Position numbers and translations under genes: made by a program
NCBI GenBank assembly: GCA_008690995.1
Contig: VRMN01000004.1
Location: 1,736,001 to 1,800,000, forward strand
Reading direction: 5' to 3'
Source: Porphyridium purpureum
Lineage: Eukaryota
DNA: 64,000 bases
Shown here: piece by piece, positions 1 to 9,114 of the stretch
Layout: each line of letters starts with the position of its first letter
Position numbering within the stretch: position 1 is the first letter of the stretch
Notes under the pieces: model-generated
The model's database searches: none
Told to the model about the DNA's origin: nothing
Seen by the model: only the letters and a program-made list of their open reading frames with translations

Positions 1-396
1 GCGGCCTCTCTGGTCCTAGCGCTAGTGCTCATGTTGGAGCCCGCGGCGGTGGGTGCACTGGTGCCTCTACCAGAGATCAATATTACGAATGGGGGCCCTA
101 CGCTCGGCGACCTGGACCTGAATGGGCAGGCGCAGCTGGGGAATGTGAACGTTACGCAGGCAAACGATGTAAACGCGTCGTCTCTGCCTACTTTTGGTGA
201 CATCAGGGAGCCGCTCGACAGTACGCCAAAACCCATCACGGGTCTCTCGGACGCGCTGAATAACGCATCGCAGCCCATTTCTGAGTCGGACGGTGTGCCA
301 TCAGCCTTGGAGACCCCGACGCCTCTCAAAGTCGACGACCCGAAACTGCCAGAGGGCGAGTCGGTCACGCCGTTTAACACGTCGCTCTTTGTCTGA
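1..396 (+). CDS. 5'-truncated hypothetical protein, probably secreted (Pro/Thr/Ser/Asp-rich)
   Basis: Frame is open from position 1. The hydrophobic stretch AASLVLALVLML resembles the end of a signal peptide, and several N-x-S/T sequons follow. Stop TGA at 394-396. Confidence 0.45.
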   Translation, partial: AASLVLALVLMLEPAAVGALVPLPEINITNGGPTLGDLDLNGQAQLGNVNVTQANDVNASSLPTFGDIREPLDSTPKPITGLSDALNNASQPISESDGVPSALETPTPLKVDDPKLPEGESVTPFNTSLFV

Positions 397-1765
397 TCAG
401 GTTTTGTAGAATAAACCGGAGGCGACGTCTGTCACTTTGCGCTCATGGGCTATCGAATCCACGTCGAACCATTTGAGGACATAATATGCTGTGCTGCGCT
501 CGACGGGGACCCGCCGAAGCTCCCGAATGGCGGTCTTCAGCTCAGTCGGACTCTGGAGCTGCCCACAGCGCGAGCCGGCGGCCGTGCTGATGCTTTCGTT
601 CATCAGGGTGCCACCCAAGACATTTGCGCCGCATTCAAGGATTACTTCAGCATCTTTTGAACCTTCCTTGACGAACGACACTTGCAGATTAGGTATGAAT
701 CGTCCCAGCACGAGCCGCGACACGGCATGAACCAAAATGCGTTCCAGGCGGATCGGGCCTTTACAAACAGGGACTGGTTTTGCATGGCGGCCTCTGTAGC
801 CCAGTTGCGCCGTTGATGCATTATCGCTCACAAAACCGAGTGGCACAAACTCTGTGGATCCCTGCGTCTCGCGCCGCGTCTGCTTCAGGAGCGGCAGATG
901 CCTCGCAACATGGCTCATTTTTTTCAGCATGTCCTTACAACATCGTTGGCGTCGTTGGAATGCCCAGGCCATGCGCAGTGCGTATCACTCCTAGCCAATT
1001 ATCTACCGGAATGTGTCCCGTGCTGATGAGATTGCGCTCTTCCGCATCGAGAATTTCCGCTGACATTCCAGGCAGCGAGCCGAGTCCTGCCCCCTTCAGG
1101 TGATTGAAGTACTCGCTTACAGAAAAGTCCATCAATTTGCTTCCATTCAATATCTCTTACGGCGAGTAGGCGTGGATATGCAGCCTTGGCTCAGCCTCGT
1201 TGACGGCAGCTACCGTGCGGAGATACTTCACTCTGTCCATAAGCAGCAGCAAACCGGCCTGCATGCACGCATCTGCTGCGGCCATAGCTTTCAGCTCGGA
1301 TGGGCGGCGAATAATTTCCTTGATGGGCAGCACGTAGCCTTCGCCAAATTGTCCATCACCACGACTATAAGCACAAATACCACAACGTTACATGCATGAG
1401 TTTGTGAATTGCATGTTGCTGTTCACCGCAAAGGAGACTGCAAGATCAAGATATGCCTTGCGCAGATCGTTGGTGGCAAGACATATTGCTTCGTACTCAT
1501 CCAAGCCGGCTTTAAGTAACCTCTCCACCACTTCCGGGTTCGAGATCATGTCACCACCAGGAACACAGTCCAGCGCGTGCTTGACGGTGAAAGAAACGCT
1601 TGGGAGGCAAAGCAAGGACTCGAGACCCCGTCTCGTTCCGGCCATCAAGTTCAAAAGATCCGCGCGCACGCGATTTAACGAGGTGGCTTGTTTCGTCCCC
1701 GACCCCTTCACACCTTGTATCGAGTTGCAGTTCAGTTTCGAAAACGCAAGAGAGGGCAACAACAC
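397..1765 (-). pseudogene. cofH: Decayed FO synthase CofH subunit (radical SAM; CofH/MqnC family)
   Basis: Collinear motifs: NSNMQFTNSCM*RCGICAY (CxxxCxxC), LHIHAYSP*EI, LKGAGLGSLPGMSAEILD, RTAHGLGIPTTPTML*GH, TEFVPLGFV, ANVLGGTLMNESISTAAG, PVERSTAY. In-frame TAA stops at 1388-1390, 1157-1159 and 935-937, and a frameshift at the T7 run 918-924. Confidence 0.85.
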
Positions 1766-3249
1766 CAGTCAGTTTGCTGTCACATAAGGCACGACACGGA
1801 GGCATTGATCTCGTCTACAAGGTTGCGGCTTGCGTACGCTCGAGGTTGGCATCAGATTTGCAGAATCAAGTCTCTCCACAGAATAGAGCGTCAGCACAGG
1901 TCTGTGATGTGTGATATTGTTTCTCATCATACAAGCCGGACACACACACACGAATAGCACCCGCGCACCATCCCCGCTTGGAAATAAAACAGAGACGAGA
2001 AACATAGCCGCGGCGCCAGCTCCGCTGCGTTTTTCACGTACCTTGTCTGCGCGTCTCGTGACTGGATCCTCTATCCCATCGGACGAACGATCTCGCTTTT
2101 TCCGATCACATCCTCGCGATCTGTCCTCTTACCTCAGCGTGTTTGAACTTACGGCGGCCGAGCTGTGCGCGAATAAATGTTGGGCCGGAAAGTCCACGAA
2201 AGGTGAATCAATCTAGAAAGAAGTGGTCAGGTGAGCAGCAGAGGCATTTCCCGGGCCCAGCCGCTTCCAAACCGCAAGATGCTCGCAAGATATGGCTTCA
2301 AAGCCTGAAGAAGATGGCAGAGTTTTTCAACTGCAGAACCGCCTTGTCGTTCTGACGACTGATAGAGACGCCCGTGATTAGGATGGACCAGTCTGGCGCA
2401 TACGATGACAACACAGTGAATGACTCCTCTTGTACTGGGAGAACACAGCCAAATGTGAGCTCGAGAGCGAGTATACCCATATCTTCGCCCATTCAAACTA
2501 CACGCAAACTTTCAGACGCCGGCGAGCTCGATGCAAACGCGTGCTTCTGTGCATGTGACTGCAGACCTCTCACACGAAAAACCAGCGTGCGCGCGTGTGC
2601 GTATTTCTGGTACTCGTGCATGTAGTCATTGACTTGCATTTTCACCGTATACGAGTCTTCGACAAGCATCCATCTCACTGGCAGAATGAAGTCGCACGTG
2701 CTCTGGCCAATCTGCGAGCGATGCGTTTACCGTACGAGCCATATGCATGATGACGTACGGAAGCCGGATTTCCGTACATCCCTTTGCAGGTGCTTGAACG
2801 GACGCCAGGAACAACTGGTTGTTCGGCACCCTGACCTTGCTCCTTCAATTGGTCACAACGGAACAGCCTGGCTCATCCACGGCAAGGGCAACAATGTAAA
2901 ATGCTCCATCCGTGATCACGCAGTAGCTGAAGCCCCGCATCTTGGGCATCTACTATTCATTGTGCACAAAGGACGGCAGGCCTGAAATGGTCAGCGCGTT
3001 CCACCGCAAGATCTGGGTGAACTCGTCAGTGTTGGTCCGGTTCGTCGCGCGCGCCGGCGTTGGAAGATGATCGTCAATGATTGTCTTCTCGGACTGCTTC
3101 AAGAACAAAACGTGCCCCTGCACGTGCTCAGAAAGGAAGTCCACGTGACAGCTTTGGTCACATGAATTCCGTGCTAGCCTCTTCCAACACATGGACCCAG
3201 AGCGTCAAGTACTAGCGTAAAGACACGTGACACTGGAACAAGGCGAACC

Positions 3250-5610
3250 TTAATTTATATACAAGCCGGCGCGCTTGAGCAACATGACGCCGAACCAAGA
3301 CACAAGCGCAATAGATACGATGATAAAGAGTACCACGGCAAGGAACCAGTACTTGGATCCATCCGAAAAGAAAGGAGGAATTTCGAGATTCATGCCAAAA
3401 AAGCCTGCAATCATACCACCAAAGGTTATCATCATGGAAAGAATGCTCAAGACCAGGTCCAGGATCAGAAGCTTATTACGCAAGCTATCAAGGTGGAGCC
3501 CTACGAGCTCCTCCATGTCGTCCACGGCTTCATCCAATAATTCGGCACGGCTGGCAATGTCATCCACGACCTGCAAGTACGACTCGAGCAACATCTCCAC
3601 CTCGTCGTGATCCAGCGGATTCCGCGGCTTCAGCCCAGCCTTGTACTTTTCGGTCAGATACATGTTGCTCATATCCTCGTCCTCTTCTAGCACCTCGCCT
3701 AACGCAGTCTGGAAGCCGTGCGCCTTCTTGAGAAATTGGTTGAGCTGGTTTTTCCCGAAGCGCAGCTGCTCAAGGCGCATCGTGGTGAGGCGCGATCCAG
3801 ACAAGTCTTCCTTCAGCATCTTCTTGAACTGCGGCTCGAGCCCTTCAAATTCATGCTCCAGCGCCATCACTGTTGCCATTAGCACGCCTTCGAGCGCTTG
3901 GAATTCGAAAGGCATAAACGCATCGTCCATGTTCGGTACGTGCCGCAACCGGTGCTCGATGATGCGAGCGGCCTCCGTCACGCGCTTGGAGGTTGGGTTG
4001 AACAGAAACAGCTTGTCGTGGCAGATGAGCGCACGAACTCCTTCAAGATTCAGCACAATCGCGCTGTGCCGCACCCAAAGCGTCGGCTTGGCACTGAACG
4101 CTGGATCGACTTGCCGAATGTCGCGAGCTTGAAGGTCGTTTTGCAAAAACTGGTGCAGCGCTTTTTTGGTTGACTTTTTCCCCTTCACGTTGAGCAGGCT
4201 CGCAAACGTCTCACGCGTTGCGACATCGTCCAAGTCGAGTTTGCGCGTCGACAACAAGCGCGCAATCTCACTTCGCTTCGGAATGCCGGTTGGCATTGAC
4301 AGGCGTGCCTCTTCCAGAATATCGTGCCGCGACAGGCTACGCGGCCGCGAACTACCGTCAGGCTCAAAATGAAGGAAATCGAGCTCTGCTGCACGCTGAG
4401 ACAGTTTGTCTACGGCATCCTGGATCTCCACATCCTCCTTTTGAGCCGCCACACTGTCTCGGCCGTCCAAACCGTGCCGCGGAGAAAATGCCTGCTGGCT
4501 CTTTGCATTCGAGCCTTCTGAGGAAACCGCGTTGGGGAACGACGGTGCGGACGCGCTGAACGATGTGAATGAAGCCGGCCCGTGCTGCTGTTCCATTTTG
4601 GCTTCCTCACGAATTGTCACGCGCTTGGGCGACAAGGGCGCTTTCTGGCTTGCGCTAGGGGAGGCTTCTGTCTTGGCAGGCGCCGCGTGTTCCGCCGCGA
4701 CAGCGTTTGGTTCCGTTGCCGCATGGCCTGGCGCACACTCTGCCTGGTCATTCTGTCCAAGATCGTCTCCACGACGCGCTTGCTTGCGCTCGCGAAGTTT
4801 GCTATCGGCCATATTCACCTGCGCTGCGGCGACGGCGGCCATTGGCACGTCGTCAACCGGGCCTTGCGAGCCGACCATATCAAGTGCAAGATCAAGCAGG
4901 TCCGCGGGTGGCGCGGCCGCGTGGGGAGCGGCATCTGGTCCTAGAGCCGGCGTGTTCGTCGTGCCGCTGCCCATAGCCTGCTGCTCGACTGCGGCCTGTG
5001 CGACCTGCTCGAGCCCGCTTCCGTGCGGCAACGGCGCTCCCGCATGGTCAAGCAGGTCGTTCAGCTCGTACTGCGATACGTAGCGCGAGAAGGTCGAACG
5101 CCTCGCGATTTGCGGGTCCTGCTCCATTTCTGAGTCCGACAGGGTTCGCGCTTGGGCCTGGGCCTGCGTCAATGGAACGTGAGTCTGGCTCCGTCCGGTG
5201 TGCGAGCGCTCAAAGGGTCGGTCCTGTTGGAGCAGATCGTCGAGCGAGTCATTTGTGGACAGCGACTGCATCGGTCCAGCGACGTGCGAATTGAGCTCCA
5301 CCTCATCAAGCGACGCGTCAGCCTGAGGCTGCAGCACGAGCTCCTCCATGTCAGAGTCGGCGGAGTAGCCGTGCGCGCTCGCGCCCGGCAAATCACGCCG
5401 CAGCCTGGATGCGCGATGTGCTGCCGACGCCAGCAGCCCGCCCGACCCGCCCTCTCCTCGTCCAACTGCGCCATGGTAGCTCGGCGAGCTCTCCTGTTCG
5501 GAAAACACTCCGTGTCCCTCATCACCATCCGAGTCGCGCAACGCCGCGTCGACGGACGACGATGACGAGGACGACGCGTCGAAAAAACGCCTCAACCTTA
5601 ACTTGGGCAT
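3250..5610 (-). CDS. MRS2: MRS2/CorA-family magnesium transporter with long disordered N-terminus
   Basis: LQARDIRQVDP, PFEFQALE, DEDMSNMYLT, EVEMLLESY and the GMN signature (FFGMNL) between two C-terminal TM helices. ATG at 5610 (MPKLRL). Confidence 0.93.
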   Translation of the reverse strand: MPKLRLRRFFDASSSSSSSVDAALRDSDGDEGHGVFSEQESSPSYHGAVGRGEGGSGGLLASAAHRASRLRRDLPGASAHGYSADSDMEELVLQPQADASLDEVELNSHVAGPMQSLSTNDSLDDLLQQDRPFERSHTGRSQTHVPLTQAQAQARTLSDSEMEQDPQIARRSTFSRYVSQYELNDLLDHAGAPLPHGSGLEQVAQAAVEQQAMGSGTTNTPALGPDAAPHAAAPPADLLDLALDMVGSQGPVDDVPMAAVAAAQVNMADSKLRERKQARRGDDLGQNDQAECAPGHAATEPNAVAAEHAAPAKTEASPSASQKAPLSPKRVTIREEAKMEQQHGPASFTSFSASAPSFPNAVSSEGSNAKSQQAFSPRHGLDGRDSVAAQKEDVEIQDAVDKLSQRAAELDFLHFEPDGSSRPRSLSRHDILEEARLSMPTGIPKRSEIARLLSTRKLDLDDVATRETFASLLNVKGKKSTKKALHQFLQNDLQARDIRQVDPAFSAKPTLWVRHSAIVLNLEGVRALICHDKLFLFNPTSKRVTEAARIIEHRLRHVPNMDDAFMPFEFQALEGVLMATVMALEHEFEGLEPQFKKMLKEDLSGSRLTTMRLEQLRFGKNQLNQFLKKAHGFQTALGEVLEEDEDMSNMYLTEKYKAGLKPRNPLDHDEVEMLLESYLQVVDDIASRAELLDEAVDDMEELVGLHLDSLRNKLLILDLVLSILSMMITFGGMIAGFFGMNLEIPPFFSDGSKYWFLAVVLFIIVSIALVSWFGVMLLKRAGLYIN

Positions 5611-5824
5611 TTCGGCTGCGACGTGGCCATTCCTATCCTCCCACCAAATGTATGCAGCCTGCAATGCACCCGCCGCGCCGCGGTACCCCGCCGGCCCGCA
5701 GCTCAACCACCGACGCCAAGCTTCCCACCGCACTCGACTCGGTCCGCTTTGTCTCCCTCTTCTATCTTCCTACTCCCCTGCAGTTTCTGCCACTTGCCTC
5801 CTTCCAACCCTAAACCAAAACACA

Positions 5825-5851
5825 AAACCCTAGGAACCCTAGGAACCCTAG
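5825..5851. promoter_or_regulatory. Three tandem telo-box-like AACCCTAG motifs upstream of MRS2
   Basis: aaaccctaggaaccctaggaaccctag. Similar motifs occur at 12475, 14808 (reverse strand) and 26327. Confidence 0.4.
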
Positions 5852-6040
5852 AGCAATTCCCAGTTTTCCTCGGTAGCCCCACTGTACCTCAAACATTAAA
5901 ACGGTTCAGTCTATTCTTGAGGAATCAAAACGGTTCAACAAAACGGTTCGGCCAGAAAGATTCAGTCTGTCTCTTAATCAGTCAAGCGGTTCGGCCAAAA
6001 CGGTTCGGTCAAAATCGATGGGCTGAATGGATCGGTTCAA

Positions 6041-6133
6041 GCGGTTCGGCTAAAGCGGTTCGGCTAAAGCGGTTCGGCTAAAGCGGTTCGGCTAAAGCGG
6101 TTCGGCTAAAGCGGTTCGGCTAAAGCGGTTCGG
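6041..6133. repeat. 14-bp tandem repeat GCGGTTCGGCTAAA, 6 full copies plus a partial
   Basis: Read directly. Degenerate CGGTTC copies extend left to about 5900. Confidence 0.95.
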
Positions 6134-6823
6134 TTCACACGAACAAGGAGCGACGAGCGGGAGGAAGTGGGGAAGTGGGGTGTGGGTGTGGCAATGGCAG
6201 CGCGCGAGCTAGTTCATGTGTGTGTGCGGCGGTGCTTGTGCATGTGCGTGCGGCTCTCGCCCGGACGCCGCCGAGAAATGGTCGTACGCGCGACAAGCCG
6301 GTCTCTTCAGACTCTGCAGTTTGTGACGTGTCTCGCCGTGAGCGATGATGGCCGTGTTTGGAAGCGCAGAAGCCACACCACATCCGCTCCTGCTCGCGCC
6401 GCGCAGGAGCGAGGTGGAGCGGCGAACGGCGCGGGCTGAACGTCTCGTGGCGCGTTTGCGAGACGAGGACATCGCAGTGCGTTGCGGCCGGGGTGTCGAT
6501 GTGTCTGGTGCGCGCATGTGCGCGACGAACTGCGCTCCAGATCGTTGTTGGCGCTCGCGCTTGCCGCAACCGTTGTGCGCGGCGATGAGCACAAAGTGTG
6601 GAAATCGTGCGAGGTTTATGGAGCTGGGTTGAGGAGGAGAGAGAGAGAGGAGAGGGAGAGAGAGGAGGGAGGTGGGGTGTGGGGTGGGGTGGGGAGGTGC
6701 GGCGGGAATGGGGTTTGTGGGAAGCCATGGCGTGGACGCAAGTGCAGTGAGGGCGGTGCGCGGTGTGCCGCGCCGCGGTGTTCAGGGCTGCAGGGTCGGC
6801 GTGCGTGCGGATGGTGAGTCTGG

Positions 6824-8086
6824 ATGGCAGCCGACGCACGAGCTCGCGCACGTGCCGCAGTGGGCGACGCGCGGAAGAAGAGCGCGCGACAGGGTGTGAA
6901 GGAGCAGGAGCGTCACGCGGACGGGCCGCAGAGCGCCGGGTGGAGCGACGATGAAGGCGTACGCTTGGAGCCGGCGGAGCTTGCGGAGGACGCGCCGTGG
7001 GGCGCGGCAAAGTTGAGTGATGTGACAGCCGCGGCTGCGCTGAAAGAGAGCAGGGTGAGAGCCGTGAAGAATAGGGCTAGTGCAGTGTCGAACGGGCGCG
7101 ACACGAGCGTCTTGCCAGCGACTACGATCAGCTCCACGGCAAAAATGCGCACGGCGGCGTCACAAGTGGCGCCTCGTCTCAAAGTCGCGGCGCGCAAGAG
7201 ATCGGAGAGTCCTTTGTCAGCTGACGGGGCACGGGGCAGAGGTTTGGTTTCCACACGCAGCCGAAAGACGGCTCCCAAGGCAGCGCCGCGGAAGAAAACT
7301 GTGCGAAAGACCGCTGCGGTCGCTTCAAAACCAGACACGGGCACGCGCCGTGCGCGGCAAAAGCGGCGCTCGTCGGCGGCGGCACGTCCGGACCCGCTTA
7401 GGTCGCGGCGGCGGACTGGCATGACCATGCATTACATCATCCTAAACAAGAAGCTGGCGAAGCAGTTCAAAGACGGCATTGCGCAGCGTACCGAGGTTTG
7501 CCGCTTCTTCGCATCGTATGCCAAGGAAAACGGTTTGCAGAGCGCAGACGACGCGCACCTGTTCCGAGTAGACAAATTCCTGCATGGCTACTTTGGCGCC
7601 GCCTTCCCGGAGGGCACGCTCGCCGACTTTCGTTCGATCGTCAAGGCCGTGTCACCGCTTCTGCAGATCCCGCGGCTTTGCGGAGATGCGCGACTGGCTG
7701 ACTTGGCTGAGCAACGTGACGCCGAGTTTAGTGTCGCGCAGCTAGAAAAGGCCAAGACCAAGTCGCTCGAGACGCCGCGAAAGCTCAAAGGGCTGGAGCT
7801 GCCGGTGCGACTTACGCGGGCCTGCGCTGCGCTGCTGGGAGCGCAGGTGTCGAGCCGTGTGGAAGTGATGCAACTGGTGTGGAAGTACATCAAGGCAAAC
7901 GAATTGCAGCTTGCGGATAACCGCACCTTGATTCGCTGTGATGCAAAGCTCAAGGCCGTGACCAAGAGCGACACGATCTCTATGTTTGACCTGATGCGCG
8001 TGATGTCTCAACAATGCTCCAAGATTGACGCGAACGAAGCAGTGGATGTGCAACCGGCTACCAAGACGAAGCGTAAAACCAAGTAA
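6824..8086 (+). CDS. SWIB/MDM2-domain protein (UAF30/Spp27-like) with basic N-terminus and probably two SWIB domains
   Basis: C-terminal LTRACAALLG...SRVEVMQLVWKYIKANELQ...IRCDAKLKAV...ISMFDL is a SWIB domain. A divergent copy lies upstream (RTEVCRFFASYAKENGLQ). Confidence 0.8.
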   Translation: MAADARARARAAVGDARKKSARQGVKEQERHADGPQSAGWSDDEGVRLEPAELAEDAPWGAAKLSDVTAAAALKESRVRAVKNRASAVSNGRDTSVLPATTISSTAKMRTAASQVAPRLKVAARKRSESPLSADGARGRGLVSTRSRKTAPKAAPRKKTVRKTAAVASKPDTGTRRARQKRRSSAAARPDPLRSRRRTGMTMHYIILNKKLAKQFKDGIAQRTEVCRFFASYAKENGLQSADDAHLFRVDKFLHGYFGAAFPEGTLADFRSIVKAVSPLLQIPRLCGDARLADLAEQRDAEFSVAQLEKAKTKSLETPRKLKGLELPVRLTRACAALLGAQVSSRVEVMQLVWKYIKANELQLADNRTLIRCDAKLKAVTKSDTISMFDLMRVMSQQCSKIDANEAVDVQPATKTKRKTK

Positions 8087-8148
8087 AATAGTTGGCTCGA
8101 CACGACAGTGTTCGGATTGTGGAGAATGACGGTTGGCACTTGCGGCAA

Positions 8149-8841
8149 ATGTCGAGCGACGTCGGCGTGAGCGACGTGTTTGCGGAGTTTCTTGCGGCCG
8201 CGCTGCACTGTATATGCTACGTATGCGGAGTGTATCCACAGGAGCGGTTTGAGCGCCGCCAGCTGTTGGGCGCGTGTGTGTATCTGTGCACAGAGCACAG
8301 CGTCTTGCAGCACATCTACAATGCGGTTGCGCACACCATGCCTCACATTGTCTCGGGTAATGTTCAGGAGCTGCAAATCGCCGTGTCGCGCGTCACAATC
8401 ACGGACGAAAGCGCCGAACCAGGGGTGGCGGAGCGCGAACATTTCCGCACAGGAACGCCGGCCCTGGCGCGATTCGTGCTCTACTTGGTGGATAATCTAG
8501 TGGGTGTCAGTTGGGCCGGACGATGGACGAGCCAAGTGGCTGCCCGACTCGTGCCGGCATTTCGCGATCAGCTGACCCAAATTCTGGCTGTGCAGAGCGC
8601 ACCAGCGTTCGCACACCAGTTTGCGGTTGGGCAGCACGCGGGCAAACCCAAGCCACCGCTCACGTGGGATTTGTGCCTGGTCGCGCGGCCTGGGCATGAG
8701 CTTCGACTGTCTCCGGAATGGACGGGCAAAGCCGGCGTGAGCTCGGCGCGACATGCCAGTGGCAGCGAGTACCAAGTGGTCGTGCTCGGTAACGCCGAAG
8801 AGTCGGTACCGAGCGTGCTTCGCGTCGACGTGTTACAGTAA
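8149..8841 (+). CDS. REV7: HORMA-domain protein REV7/MAD2L2 (DNA polymerase zeta accessory subunit)
   Basis: DVFAEFLAAALHCICYVCGVYPQERFERR matches the REV7 N-terminal EFLExAxHxILYxRxVYP motif, followed by LARFVL. ATG at 8149. Confidence 0.8.
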   Translation: MSSDVGVSDVFAEFLAAALHCICYVCGVYPQERFERRQLLGACVYLCTEHSVLQHIYNAVAHTMPHIVSGNVQELQIAVSRVTITDESAEPGVAEREHFRTGTPALARFVLYLVDNLVGVSWAGRWTSQVAARLVPAFRDQLTQILAVQSAPAFAHQFAVGQHAGKPKPPLTWDLCLVARPGHELRLSPEWTGKAGVSSARHASGSEYQVVVLGNAEESVPSVLRVDVLQ

Positions 8842-9114
8842 GGGGAGGACAGTACCAGCTCATGACGCGCGCGGCTGGCCCGTCACGTGCACGCGCAGGA
8901 TATAACATTGATATTATACTGAACAAGGGAAAAATCAAGGAGAGCGAGAATGAAATGACAGAAAGGGAATCGAAACGCGTCGGCGCATCATTTGCGGCTC
9001 TTCTACTTAGTTGCCAGCTTGCCAGCTCCAGAAGCGCGCTATCTCCTTCCCACCAACCCGTGAGTGATGCACTGGTTGCACCCGCCGGCTGTGCCGGCTC
9101 TTTTTGCTGGACTA

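Noticed and set aside
935..1390. TAA reassignment or readthrough to explain three in-frame TAA codons in cofH
   Set aside because: The stops appear to replace different residues, a frameshift is also present, and TAA terminates many normal genes in this window.
2187..2300. GGAAAGTCC resembling RNase P/MRP CR-I
   Set aside because: No convincing complementary CR-V/P4 partner downstream.
2227..3192. Chain of short minus-strand ORFs as a possible cofG partner of cofH
   Set aside because: No CxxxCxxC, PFTTG or DWGG motifs are recognisable. It may be an unrelated decayed gene.
6041..6133. CRISPR-like array
   Set aside because: Head-to-tail repeats with no spacers, no cas genes and a eukaryotic context. 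The same applies to 57716-57834 and 58063-58276.
6814..6860. GTGAGT...GCAG intron after ATG 6811
   Set aside because: Splicing it gives a short out-of-frame peptide, and ATG 6824 already opens the full ORF.
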